A stretch of 32,000 bases of DNA. Source: Pyrodictium delaneyi. GTDB taxonomy: Archaea; Thermoproteota; Thermoprotei_A; Sulfolobales; Pyrodictiaceae. The first letter of the stretch is position 1. Each line of letters starts with the position of its first letter. The notes below the pieces were generated by a model that was not told the DNA's origin, searched no databases, and saw only the letters and a list, made by a program, of their open reading frames with translations. The stretch is taken from the NCBI RefSeq assembly GCF_001412615.1, contig NZ_CP013011.1:1350001-1382000 (forward strand), read 5' to 3'. Shown here in pieces: positions 8,985 through 17,291 of this stretch. The position numbers and the translations under genes are program-made.

Positions 8985-9901
8985 GAATCATAACAAATAG
9001 AACTGAAAGCCAAATCCGTGAGTCTTATCTCAACCTTCATCTTAGCCATGGCATCACGAATCATAACAAATAGAACTGAAAGTCTCGTATGTAGTCATCA
9101 TTTTCCTTCATTGGTATCGGATCAGAGAATCATAACAAATAGAACTGAAAGTACTATCACCCGCTCGGGTTAGCCCCGTGTATCAATATATATGGAATCA
9201 TAACAAATAGAACTGAAAGTCTACGTAGCCCATCTCGACGGCAGAGGCTAGAGCCCTCGCTATGAATCATAACAAATAGAACTGAAAGAGTCATACGACG
9301 ACTACGCACGCTTCCGAGACGCCGTTGACGCTGCAAGAATCATAACAAATAGAACTGAAAGCACCGGGTCCTAGCTCCAGGCATCGCTGGTAGTTGAGCC
9401 AGAATCATAACAAATAGAACTGAAAGACTCTGAAAGGCATGTTTTTACACCCCCTCCATGCGGAAGCCTAGAGAATCATAACAAATAGAACTGAAAGTTG
9501 GAATCCTTACAGCCATACATAAAATCACACCGCTAGAATCATAACAAATAGAACTGAAAGCTCACAGCCTTCCTCGCTGCCTCCGCCTCTCCACCGAGCT
9601 TCTCGAATCATAACAAATAGAACTGAAAGGTCTACAGCAAAGATACTCCAGCTAGACAACAACGGAGAGAATCATAACAAATAGAACTGAAAGGCGGTAC
9701 TTGGGGGTTGGCACCACGACCCGGTACCAGAGGCCCCGAATCATAACAAATAGAACTGAAAGACTCCGTTGAAGCGCTTCCTCACCCACTCCCTAAGACT
9801 CGACGTGAATCATAACAAATAGAATTGAAAACTAGGCTTGTCCTCTTGGATGGACTGAGTAAGTGGACTTGAAAAGAATCATAAGCAAAATGGGGCTGAA
9901 G
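8985..9901 (+). CRISPR. CRISPR array, 25-bp repeat GAATCATAACAAATAGAACTGAAAG; 12 identical repeats + 2 degenerate terminal repeats; 13 spacers of 38-48 bp
   Basis: Perfect repeats start at 8985, 9058, 9127, 9195, 9264, 9337, 9402, 9473, 9536, 9605, 9669 and 9738. Repeat 13 at 9807 has 2 mismatches (GAATCATAACAAATAGAATTGAAAA). Repeat 14 at 9876-9901 is strongly degenerate (GAATCATAAGCAAAATGGGGCTGAAG). The repeat ends in CTGAAAG, like crenarchaeal repeats that give an 8-nt 5' crRNA handle. Confidence 0.97.
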
Positions 9902-9937
9902 TAACTGGAGATGATGTGTAGTGGCTTCTCTCGATGC

Positions 9938-9950
9938 GGGGGGGGGGGGG
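9938..9950. repeat. G13 homopolymer tract
   Basis: Counted directly (ggg + gggggggggg). It lies 37 bp after the last degenerate repeat. Confidence 0.95.
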
Positions 9951-10036
9951 CTTATTGTCTGGGGTGTTGGTGAGCTGGGGTTGTAGGGATGGTTGTGTTG
10001 CTGGGCTTTGTGGGTGTTTTTGGTGGCTTGCCTGTT

Positions 10037-10552
10037 TTAGTATATTTGGCGTGCTTTGAGCTCGTTGAGGGAGGCTTTGACGGCTTTGCGGGCTTCGTCG
10101 TATTTTAGGTAGGCTATGGCGGCGACTGCGAGTCCGAGTGCCACGTTTATCACTAGTAGGATGATTATGGCTGCGACGAGCCATGTCTTGGGCTCTGCGT
10201 AGTAGAGGACGCGTAGCGTGCCGTCGGTGTCTCTCCTCGTTGATATCACTATGCGTACTATGTCGTCGACTGTTATCCTGTCTGGTTCCTCTATTACGCT
10301 GAGGCCCCGGAACCGTAGTAGCTCGGCGAGCCTCCTCCTGGCGTCTTCCGCGGGCATTTCCACTATGTACTCGTGGCTGTCGAGCCGGAGCATTGACGCC
10401 GCCTCCACTATCACGAATACTATGATGAGGGGTATGGCTATAAGGAGTGCTGTTATGAGCCCGCCTATCGTGGCGGCTGCTAGTGCCTGCCCGAGCTGGT
10501 TTAGGATGGGGGACCCAGCCTCTACTCCCAGCAGTATGTCTGCCGTGTTCAC
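10037..10552 (-). CDS. Hypothetical membrane protein (two hydrophobic segments flanking a soluble domain)
   Basis: 171 aa. Hydrophobic stretches are 'IGGLITALLIAIPLIIVFVIVEAA' and 'WLVAAIIILLVINVALGLAVAAIAYL'. No family was recognised. Confidence 0.55.
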   Translation of the reverse strand: MNTADILLGVEAGSPILNQLGQALAAATIGGLITALLIAIPLIIVFVIVEAASMLRLDSHEYIVEMPAEDARRRLAELLRFRGLSVIEEPDRITVDDIVRIVISTRRDTDGTLRVLYYAEPKTWLVAAIIILLVINVALGLAVAAIAYLKYDEARKAVKASLNELKARQIY

Positions 10553-10629
10553 CGGGTGTACTGCCCCCGTCCGGGCTATAGGCTAGCTGCTAGAGCAAAT
10601 AGCTATCGCTCTCCGGCGCGGCGCCGGGG

Positions 10630-11244
10630 CTAGCCGTTGAGGCGGATTGCCTCCCTTAGTATGCACTTGACTGTCTCTAGCTGTAGCCAGAGCGGTACTG
10701 TGGCCGTGAACCTGTGCCGGTGTGCTAGCTCGGTCGAGGGCGGGAGGTGTAGGAAGCCACCTGCTACACGGTTCTCGTGGGCATAGCGGTGTATCGTGTA
10801 GGCGGCTGCGTTGCATAGGTATGTGCCCGCAGTGACCCCGACAGTGGCGGGGAGGCCCTGCCTGCTACAGGCTTGTACAGCCTCCAGGGGGAGGCGCGTA
10901 GTGTACGCCCGTAGCCCGCCCCCGTCTAGGAGCTGTAGCTCTGCCCGGTGCCCGTCCTCGTCCGGGTAGTCGGGGTAATGCACGAGGCTTACCGCTGCCA
11001 GCTCGAGGGTTACCCGCCGGGCCCAGGGCGCTAGGCCTAGGCCCAGCACTACCCGGGGCCTCAGCGCCTCCAGGTGCTCCCTGAGTAGCCTAAGGCCCCG
11101 CTTCAGCGACACGGGTAGAACCAGGCCGCGAACACGGTGACCCCTTATCGCCTGGCCGTCGAGCCTCCTCGCTATCTCCTCAGCCGGGTTGAACTGGAAG
11201 CCCGCGAACACGGTGAAGCCCGCGACAAGGACAACGTCCTCCAC
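10630..11244 (-). CDS. pcp: Pyrrolidone-carboxylate peptidase (pyroglutamyl peptidase I, family C15)
   Basis: 'VLVAGFTVFAGFQFNPAEEIARRL' N-terminus, catalytic Cys context 'AGTYLCNAAAY' and His context 'GGFLHLPP'. Length is typical at 204 aa. Confidence 0.85.
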   Translation of the reverse strand: MEDVVLVAGFTVFAGFQFNPAEEIARRLDGQAIRGHRVRGLVLPVSLKRGLRLLREHLEALRPRVVLGLGLAPWARRVTLELAAVSLVHYPDYPDEDGHRAELQLLDGGGLRAYTTRLPLEAVQACSRQGLPATVGVTAGTYLCNAAAYTIHRYAHENRVAGGFLHLPPSTELAHRHRFTATVPLWLQLETVKCILREAIRLNG

Positions 11245-11292
11245 CGTAGCCGCCCCCCGGGCCGGTGGCTCCTCGGGAGCCCCTTACTGCTA

Positions 11293-11682
11293 CTACCCAC
11301 CGGCTCCCTCGCAGAGGCTCCTAGCCACATCCTCGAGGACCTCGCGGGGGGCCGCGTCATCGCTCTCCACAGTAACCTCTAGGGACTCGCCTGTCTCGGG
11401 GTCACGCAGCTTCATCACTGCGACTGGCCCGGTACGCGTGGTGCGGCAGCCCACTATGTAGCCCCGGAGGAGGTCCCGTAGCTCGCCGAGCCTATTGGGC
11501 TCGAGTAGCCTCTTAGACTTCTCTACTAGGCGGTCTAGTAGCCCACAGTCGCCCCGAGCCGTGACCCTGACAAGGTGGGGCGCTACGGGGAGCCAGGTCG
11601 GGAACCAGACACGGTAACGAATCAGTAGCTCTCCTAGGCTGCCACTAAAGCATAGCCTAGCCGCCACTATGCACGCCCCCAC
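11293..11682 (-). CDS. Hypothetical protein
   Basis: 129-aa ORF co-oriented with pcp. The composition looks coding-like, but no motifs were recognised and the start is uncertain. Confidence 0.35.
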   Translation of the reverse strand: MGACIVAARLCFSGSLGELLIRYRVWFPTWLPVAPHLVRVTARGDCGLLDRLVEKSKRLLEPNRLGELRDLLRGYIVGCRTTRTGPVAVMKLRDPETGESLEVTVESDDAAPREVLEDVARSLCEGAGG

Positions 11683-11938
11683 AGCGCCCCACCATCCAGC
11701 CCTCTATAAAGCCTCTCCCCCAAGCTATAGCTCTACTAGCCCCCGAGGCTCTACGAAGACGTGGAGGTGCTAGAGCACCATCCTACGCTCTACGCTACAG
11801 CCTCGGCGATAGCTAAACCAGGCCACGGGGGATACCAGTATCCAGTCATACACCTCGCGGGCAATGTACACGCAAGCTACTAGATTTATAGGAACAGACG
11901 CCATCTAGAGTATACTACCCCGGAGGGTTCACATAGGC

Positions 11939-12415
11939 TTGGCCAGGGGTAAGGGTATCCCCGTCCTAGCCCCTAGCGAGAACCTCCTCTGGGAGGGCAC
12001 CATCAAGGGCACGAGAATCGCGATCACAAACCTCCGGCTCATAGTGACGCGCGGCCTATGGCTGAAGGACGTCCTTCTATCGAGCATTCACTCGGTAGAG
12101 CTAACACTCTCGCTTAGGCTAGTAATCCTAGGCCTCTTCATAGCCCTAGTACTGCCAGCAATACTGATACTAGCAGCACAGCCACCCGGGAGCGAAGCCC
12201 CAGCACAACTCCACGGCACAGAATTCCTCCCGCTCACCATCGTGGGCCTGGTCATGGCGGCATATGGATGGATAAATAGATACTGCATAGTGATCCACTA
12301 CACCGGCGGCAAAATAGTACTCAGGGGCGACAAGAACGCGCACCAACTCATGATACGGCTCCGCGAAGCACTACTAGGATCAACGACAACCCAGCAAGAC
12401 GCACAACAAGCCTAG
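11939..12415 (+). CDS. Hypothetical membrane protein
   Basis: 158 aa with two hydrophobic segments ('LRLVILGLFIALVLPAILILAA', 'FLPLTIVGLVMAAYGWI'). GGAGGG is 8-12 nt upstream of the TTG start and a TTTATA box is about 50 nt upstream. Confidence 0.5.
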   Translation: MARGKGIPVLAPSENLLWEGTIKGTRIAITNLRLIVTRGLWLKDVLLSSIHSVELTLSLRLVILGLFIALVLPAILILAAQPPGSEAPAQLHGTEFLPLTIVGLVMAAYGWINRYCIVIHYTGGKIVLRGDKNAHQLMIRLREALLGSTTTQQDAQQA

Positions 12416-12540
12416 CAAAGAAAACATAGAATACATCACACAACACTGTAACCACTCAGAAACTTAGGCTACACAGCACACCACAACACAATTACTATTC
12501 TCTCCCAGGCTTTGCTTAGTGCGTCGATTCTCTGTTCTAG

Positions 12541-12577
12541 AGCGTTTCAAAGCGTTTCAAATCCGACTTCAAATCCG
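12541..12577. repeat. Short tandem repeats: (AGCGTTTCAA)2 followed by (TTCAAATCCG N2)2
   Basis: Read directly: 12541-12550 equals 12551-12560, and TTCAAATCCG occurs at 12556-12565 and 12568-12577. Confidence 0.9.
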
Positions 12578-12889
12578 TGGGACATGTAATTAGCGGAGTT
12601 GAAAGCATTCTTTGGAATGCAACCTCTCCCCTTATAAGTTTTCATGGGAACAAGGTGTACGGGGACATGATGCCCGACGGTAGCGGAACCGGGGTTGTTC
12701 CCAGGTAGATGGCAGGGCATAACACAGAGAGCATGGAATCCTAAGGGAGCTGTTAGAGGGTGTATAGGTGGGACATCGGCGTAAGCGTAGCTGCTGGGGG
12801 CGGGTTTTAAGAGGGGTTGCTGGTGGGCTCCCCTAGGCTGGTGGGGCGTTATTGCATGGAGTGATGCTGGTCTCGTAGCTAGGCGTGGC

Positions 12890-13666
12890 TTGGAGCCGGC
12901 TCGCCGTATTATCCCGTGTCTCGACGTGGCTGGTGGTCGAGTAGTCAAGGGGACCCGGTTCCAGAACCTCAGGGACGCTGGCGACCCGGTGGAGCTGGCT
13001 GCCCGGTACGAGGAGGAGGGTGCGGACGAGCTCGTCTTCCTCGATATAAGCGCGACGCCGGAGGAGCGGGAGCCCCTCTACCGGGTCGTACGCGACACGG
13101 CCTCCGTGGTCTCCATACCCTTCACGGTGGGGGGCGGGGTCCGGAGTCTGCGGGACTTCGGCAGGATGCTGGATAGCGGCGCCGACAAGGTCTCGATAAA
13201 CACCGCGGCTGTCCGTGACCCGATGCTGGTCGCTGAGGCTGCACGGGAGTACGGGAGCCAGGCTGTCGTGGTCGCTATCGACGCTAAGTGGGTCGGCAGG
13301 AGCCGGGGGATCCCCAGCGGCTGGGAGGTCTACGTCAGCGGTGGCCGGGTCCCCACCGGGCTGGACGCGGTCGAGTGGGCCCGGACCGTGGCCAGGCTGG
13401 GGGCTGGCGAGATACTCCTCACGAGCATCGACCGTGACGGGACTAGGGAGGGCTACGACCTCGAGCTCACCAGGGCGGTGGTGGAGGCCGTGGATATACC
13501 GGTGATAGCTAGCGGTGGGGCGGGCGAGCCCCGGCACTTTCTCGAGGCGTTCACCGTGGCGGGCGCCGATGCGGCGCTCGCGGCTGGGATCTTCCACTAC
13601 AGGGTGTACAGCGTCAGGGAGGTCAAGGAGTACCTCGCGGAGCGCGGTGTGGAGGTGAGGCTCTAG
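12890..13666 (+). CDS. hisF: Imidazole glycerol phosphate synthase, cyclase subunit HisF
   Basis: '[50 protein letters not shown]' and the C-terminal 'VIASGGAG...AALAAGIFH' are hallmark HisF motifs. Confidence 0.95.
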   Translation: MEPARRIIPCLDVAGGRVVKGTRFQNLRDAGDPVELAARYEEEGADELVFLDISATPEEREPLYRVVRDTASVVSIPFTVGGGVRSLRDFGRMLDSGADKVSINTAAVRDPMLVAEAAREYGSQAVVVAIDAKWVGRSRGIPSGWEVYVSGGRVPTGLDAVEWARTVARLGAGEILLTSIDRDGTREGYDLELTRAVVEAVDIPVIASGGAGEPRHFLEAFTVAGADAALAAGIFHYRVYSVREVKEYLAERGVEVRL

Positions 13667-13668
13667 CC

Positions 13669-14952
13669 GTGCCCAGGCTAGTCTACGCGGAGTGGCCCCG
13701 GGGCCCCGGCGCCGAGGAGCTGCGGGGCCTCCTCGAGAGGAGCTATAGCCTCGACGAGTACGTGGAGCGTGTCCGCCCTATAGTCGAGGACGTGCGGCGC
13801 CGGGGCTACGAGGCGGCAAGGGAGTACAGCAGGAGGTTCGACGGCGTAGCGCCAGAGGACCCCAGGGTTCCCAGGAGCGTGATGAGGGAGGCTCTAGAGA
13901 GCCTCGACACGAGTATAGTGGAGGCTCTGGAGAAGGCTGTGGAGGCGGTCCGGCTCTACCATGTCTCCACCAGGCCCGCGGAGACCGGGGTCCCCGGGGC
14001 AAGGCTGCGCTGGCTCCCCGTGGAGCGCGTCGGCGTCTACGCGCCGGGCGGCGCCCACCCATACCCGTCCACGGTCGTACACACGGTCGTGCCCGCGAAG
14101 GCTGCTGGCTGCAGCCGGGTGGTCGTCGCGTCGCCGCCGTGCCGGGGCCAGGGCTGCCGCGGGTTCCCCGTACACCCCGCGGTACTCGCCGCAGCATACC
14201 TCGCGGGCGCCGACATGGTCTACGCTCTGGGCGGCGCGCAGGCCGTAGCAGCGCTAGCCTACGGCGCCGAGCCGGTGGAGAGGGTAGACATGGTGGTGGG
14301 GCCGGGGAGCCCCTACGTGCAGGCCGCTAAGCTCCTCGTATCCAGCGTCGTCGGCGTAGACATGATAGCCGGGCCGACCGAGGTAGCAGTGGTCGCCGAC
14401 TGCACGGCGGACCCGCGGCAGGTAGCGCTCGACATGCTAGCTGAGGCCGAGCACGGCCCCCTAAGCCTCGCGGTCCTAGCCACCCCGTGCCGGGGCCTAG
14501 CCGAGAGGGTCTACGAGATCCTCAGGCAGGAGGCCCGGGAGGGGATAGGGGACCTAGCGGTCGCGGTGACCCCGGGGCTCGACGAGGCCCTAGAGCTGGC
14601 AGACGCTATGGCGCCGGAGCACCTCGTAGCCTACCTTGGGGATCCGGGCCCGGTGCTAGAGCGCCGGGTCAGCGCCGGGGTGGTCAGTCTAGGGGTGCCG
14701 CCTGCGCTACTCGACTACGCCTATGGCCCCAGCCACGTGCTGCCCACCGGGGGCTCGGCTAGGTGGATGGGCGGGCTCAGTGTCTACACCTTCCTCCGGC
14801 CCGTGGCGCACGTGGAGCCGGGGCTGGAGGAGCGCTACCTCGAGGCAGCGATCACACTCGCCAGGCTGGAGGGCTTCGAGAACCACGCTCGGAGCCTAGA
14901 GCACAGGCTAGAGGAGCTAAGGAGGGGAGGAAGGAGCCTTGACGGGCAGTAG
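13669..14952 (+). CDS. hisD: Histidinol dehydrogenase HisD
   Basis: 'ALGGAQAVAALAYG', 'VGPGSPYVQAAKLLV', 'GVDMIAGPTEVAVVAD' and 'DMLAEAEHGP' match HisD signatures. The start is 3 nt after the hisF stop. Confidence 0.95.
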   Translation: MPRLVYAEWPRGPGAEELRGLLERSYSLDEYVERVRPIVEDVRRRGYEAAREYSRRFDGVAPEDPRVPRSVMREALESLDTSIVEALEKAVEAVRLYHVSTRPAETGVPGARLRWLPVERVGVYAPGGAHPYPSTVVHTVVPAKAAGCSRVVVASPPCRGQGCRGFPVHPAVLAAAYLAGADMVYALGGAQAVAALAYGAEPVERVDMVVGPGSPYVQAAKLLVSSVVGVDMIAGPTEVAVVADCTADPRQVALDMLAEAEHGPLSLAVLATPCRGLAERVYEILRQEAREGIGDLAVAVTPGLDEALELADAMAPEHLVAYLGDPGPVLERRVSAGVVSLGVPPALLDYAYGPSHVLPTGGSARWMGGLSVYTFLRPVAHVEPGLEERYLEAAITLARLEGFENHARSLEHRLEELRRGGRSLDGQ

Positions 14953-15244
14953 CTGCCTAGGCTTCCTAGAGGAGCTCGACCGGGTCATCGAGCAGCGGGC
15001 CAGGGAGATGCCGGAGGGCAGCTACACCGCCAGGCTACTCCGGGACCCGGGGCTCGCCGCCAGGAAGCTCGGCGAGGAGGCCGCCGAGGCCATGGTCGAG
15101 GCGCTGATTGGCACCCGGGAGAGGCTGGTAGAGGAGGCCGCCGACCTACTGTACCACCTCATGGTGCTGCTCCGGCTCCGCGGCGCAAGCCTATGCGACG
15201 TGGCCAGGGCGTTGGAGGCGAGGGCTGGTTGGCGCCGAGGGTAG
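14939..15244 (+). CDS. hisE: Phosphoribosyl-ATP pyrophosphatase HisE
   Basis: 'LEELDRVIEQRAREMPEGSYTARLL', 'KLGEEAAEAMVEA' and 'EEAADLLYHLMVLL' match the MazG-like HisE pattern. It overlaps the hisD stop by 14 nt. Confidence 0.85.
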   Translation: MTGSSCLGFLEELDRVIEQRAREMPEGSYTARLLRDPGLAARKLGEEAAEAMVEALIGTRERLVEEAADLLYHLMVLLRLRGASLCDVARALEARAGWRRG

Positions 15245-15246
15245 CA

Positions 15247-15849
15247 GTGATACAGTACGGCGTCGGCAACATCTACAGCATCGTCTCGGGGCTGCGCCGC
15301 GCCGGCGCAGAGCCCACGGTGATGGACTGCCTCCGAGACCCAGGCGACTGGGACGGTGTAGTGCTGCCGGGCGTCGGCGCCTACGCTGCAGCCTCGATGA
15401 GGCTCCACCGGTGCGCCTGGGAGATACGCGAGGCCCTCAAGATGGGCGCCCAGCTCCTCGGGGTATGCCTCGGCCTCCAGCTACTATTCACGGATAGCCG
15501 TGAGGCGGGGGAGCACAGCTACGGGCTCTCGCTACTCCCCGGCACCGTCGAGAAGCTCACAGCAGCCAAGCTGCCCCACATCGGCTGGAGCAGGGTCTAC
15601 CGCGTCCCAGGCCGGGACTGCAGACTCCTAGAGGGCATCGAGGACGGCAGCCACTTCTACTACGTGCACAGCTACGCCTACACCCGCGTCTGGGAGCCCT
15701 GGGTCTGCGCCGTGAGCCGCTACGGCGAGACGGTCTACGCGGCGGTCGTCGAGCAGCCACCGGTCTACGCTACCCAGTTCCACCCCGAGAGGAGCAGCAG
15801 GCTCGGCCAAAGGGTGCTCCGGAACTGGGTCGCGCTGCTCCGCCGCTAG
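15247..15849 (+). CDS. hisH: Imidazole glycerol phosphate synthase, glutamine amidotransferase subunit HisH
   Basis: 'VIQYGVGNIYS', nucleophile-Cys context 'LGVCLGLQLL', 'LPHIGW' and 'TQFHPERSS'. The track ORF starts at 15193 inside hisE. The in-frame GTG at 15247, just after the hisE stop, gives the canonical N-terminus. Confidence 0.9.
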   Translation: MIQYGVGNIYSIVSGLRRAGAEPTVMDCLRDPGDWDGVVLPGVGAYAAASMRLHRCAWEIREALKMGAQLLGVCLGLQLLFTDSREAGEHSYGLSLLPGTVEKLTAAKLPHIGWSRVYRVPGRDCRLLEGIEDGSHFYYVHSYAYTRVWEPWVCAVSRYGETVYAAVVEQPPVYATQFHPERSSRLGQRVLRNWVALLRR

Positions 15850-15912
15850 CCCCGTACATCCACCGGTGCAGCTCCTCCAGCTGGAGCCAGGCGCACAGGG
15901 GGCGTACACGCC

Positions 15913-16710
15913 GTGGAGGAGAAGGAGGGCAAAGAGAGGAGGCTCATACCCGTAGCCGTGGTCGACGCTGTCACCGGCGAGCCCCTGATGCTCGCCTACG
16001 CTGACGAGGAGGCCCTGGAGCGGACCAGGGAGACGGGCCTGGCCCACTTCTACTCCCGTAGCCGGGCTAGCCTCTGGCTCAAGGGAGCGTCGAGCGGCGG
16101 GCTACTCGACGTGATACGGGTACTAGGCGACTGCGACGGCGACGCAGCAGCCTACGTGGCGCGGCCCCGGCGGCACGTATGCCACCTGGGCAAGAGGAGC
16201 TGTTTCCACAACACGTTGCTCGACCGCCGCCGCGAGATACTCGAGGAGCTGCTGGAGGAGACGGGGCCCCATACCCGGCTAGACGGGGGCGCTGTGAGGC
16301 ATCCGCTCTCCACGTGGACGCCGCCACCGCAGCCCCTGCTCGCAGCCCTAGCGGCAGAGCTACTAGCTGAGAGGATACGCTCCAGGGCGGGCCCAGGCCT
16401 CACAGCAGTACTCGCGCCCGAGGCCCCCGGCGGGCTCCTCGCGCTCCTAGCAGCCCAGAAGCTCAACGTCAGCCTCCACCTAGCCCAGGGCGGCCGCGTA
16501 CCCGAGAGCATCGGTGAGACGGACCGAGTGGCGGTCTACGCGCCGAGCCCCGCCGAGGCCCAGGCGCTAGCAGAGGCTGCGCGGCAGCGAGGCGCCCACG
16601 TGGCGGCAGTGGCTGCGCTAGCAGCCCCCGCCGGGGAGGACACAAGGGGCGTAGACGTGCTCATCCGGGTCGAGCCCGGCCAGCCGCCACGCCCGAGACT
16701 GGCACTCTAG
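15913..16710 (+). CDS. hisI: Phosphoribosyl-AMP cyclohydrolase HisI fused to a C-terminal degenerate phosphoribosyltransferase-like domain
   Basis: Residues about 10-100 match HisI ('LIPVAVVDAVTGEPLMLAYADEEALERTRETGLAHFYSRSRASLWLKGASSG...DCDGDA...CHLGKRSCFH'). Residues about 135-255 have a type I PRTase-like layout ('LTAVLAPEAPGGLLALLAAQKL'). They lack the PRPP loop: 'RVAVYAPSPAEAQ' sits where VLIVDDxxxTG is expected. Confidence 0.8.
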   Translation: MEEKEGKERRLIPVAVVDAVTGEPLMLAYADEEALERTRETGLAHFYSRSRASLWLKGASSGGLLDVIRVLGDCDGDAAAYVARPRRHVCHLGKRSCFHNTLLDRRREILEELLEETGPHTRLDGGAVRHPLSTWTPPPQPLLAALAAELLAERIRSRAGPGLTAVLAPEAPGGLLALLAAQKLNVSLHLAQGGRVPESIGETDRVAVYAPSPAEAQALAEAARQRGAHVAAVAALAAPAGEDTRGVDVLIRVEPGQPPRPRLAL

Positions 16711-16758
16711 CCACATTACCTGTTCGCTCCTATCGATGCTACCTATGTTGCATATCCA

Positions 16759-17280
16759 CTATTGCCTACAAGCTTTTGCCACGGCCCCTAGGAGCCGCCT
16801 AAACTCATCCACCTTCTCTAGGCTGCCAGCGTTGTCGGCCTCTAGGAGCAGCTGGGGCAGGAAACGCTTCTCGTAGTCCCTCCGGTGTATCCGCCTCCAG
16901 TACTCGTTTACAGCTCTCACTGGTCCCCCGTTGCACGGCTTGTCTCGGCAGCCCCGTAGCCCGAGCGCAGTACATGCTAGCGCCTCCATGCAGGGGTCGA
17001 TAGCTATCACCTCGACATCCCCACCTAGCCTGTGCTTCTCACGGACACTCCTCTCCCGTTCACTAGCCCGGCCCAGCTCGGCATCCACGAGGATGACCAC
17101 GCGCCTGCCACTCCTCAGGTGGGCCGAGACTATCCTAGTCATCTTCGCGCTGCAGACCGGGAGGTGCAGCACCATGAAGCAGTGGAGGCCCCGGCGGCCG
17201 AGGAGCAGCTCTAGAGCTCTCTTCGCGTAGCGGTCCTCGACGACTAATACGACTCTGCCGCCGCTCGCCAAGGCTGGCAA
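16759..17280 (-). CDS. Stand-alone mini-Toprim-like protein (RloB / DUF4276 / AriB-like candidate nuclease)
   Basis: 173 aa with a TTG start 11 nt after the stop of the upstream ATPase. 'RVVLVVEDRYAKRALELLL' supplies the Toprim Glu strand. 'RRVVILVDAELG' is a DxD-type acidic strand, here D-A-E. 'IAIDPCMEALACT' resembles the NPCFE(L/A)W element of RloB/DUF4276 proteins. Assignment is by motif pattern only. Confidence 0.55.
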   Translation of the reverse strand: MPALASGGRVVLVVEDRYAKRALELLLGRRGLHCFMVLHLPVCSAKMTRIVSAHLRSGRRVVILVDAELGRASERERSVREKHRLGGDVEVIAIDPCMEALACTALGLRGCRDKPCNGGPVRAVNEYWRRIHRRDYEKRFLPQLLLEADNAGSLEKVDEFRRLLGAVAKACRQ

Positions 17281-17291
17281 TGACCTCCGGG

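Noticed and set aside
9010-9875. Self-targeting: do any of the 13 spacers match sequence elsewhere in the window, for example the defence-like block?
   Set aside because: No match was found by visual comparison. This check is weak and needs a proper BLAST against the whole genome and virus databases.
8322-10184. ORFs 8322..8744 (+), 8339..8521 (-), 8804..9064 (-) and 9879..10184 (-).
   Set aside because: They translate the low-complexity leader/trailer tracts (Thr/Lys/Pro/Gln runs), are antisense to cas6, or run through CRISPR repeats. They are not coding.
12556-12580. Repeated TTCAAATCC, which resembles a tRNA T-loop (GGTTCAAATCC) and might mark tRNA-fragment att sites.
   Set aside because: The flanking bases cannot form a T-stem (CCGAC versus CCGTG are not complementary), and no acceptor or anticodon arms could be built on either strand.
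12578-12605. GACATGTAATTAGCGGAGTTGAAAG following an A/C-rich tract, as a possible orphan degenerate CRISPR repeat with a leader remnant.
   Set aside because: Only about 14 of 25 positions match the array repeat, mostly the terminal TGAAAG. There is no second copy, so chance resemblance cannot be excluded.
12547-13597. Minus-strand ORFs 12547..12948 and 12833..13597, and other ORFs overlapping hisF, hisD, hisH and hisI (for example 13778..14197, 13961..14248, 15022..15408, 15628..16047, 16152..16511).
   Set aside because: They overlap (antisense or alternate frame) genes with unambiguous His-enzyme motifs. Their Pro/Arg/Gly-rich composition indicates shadow ORFs.
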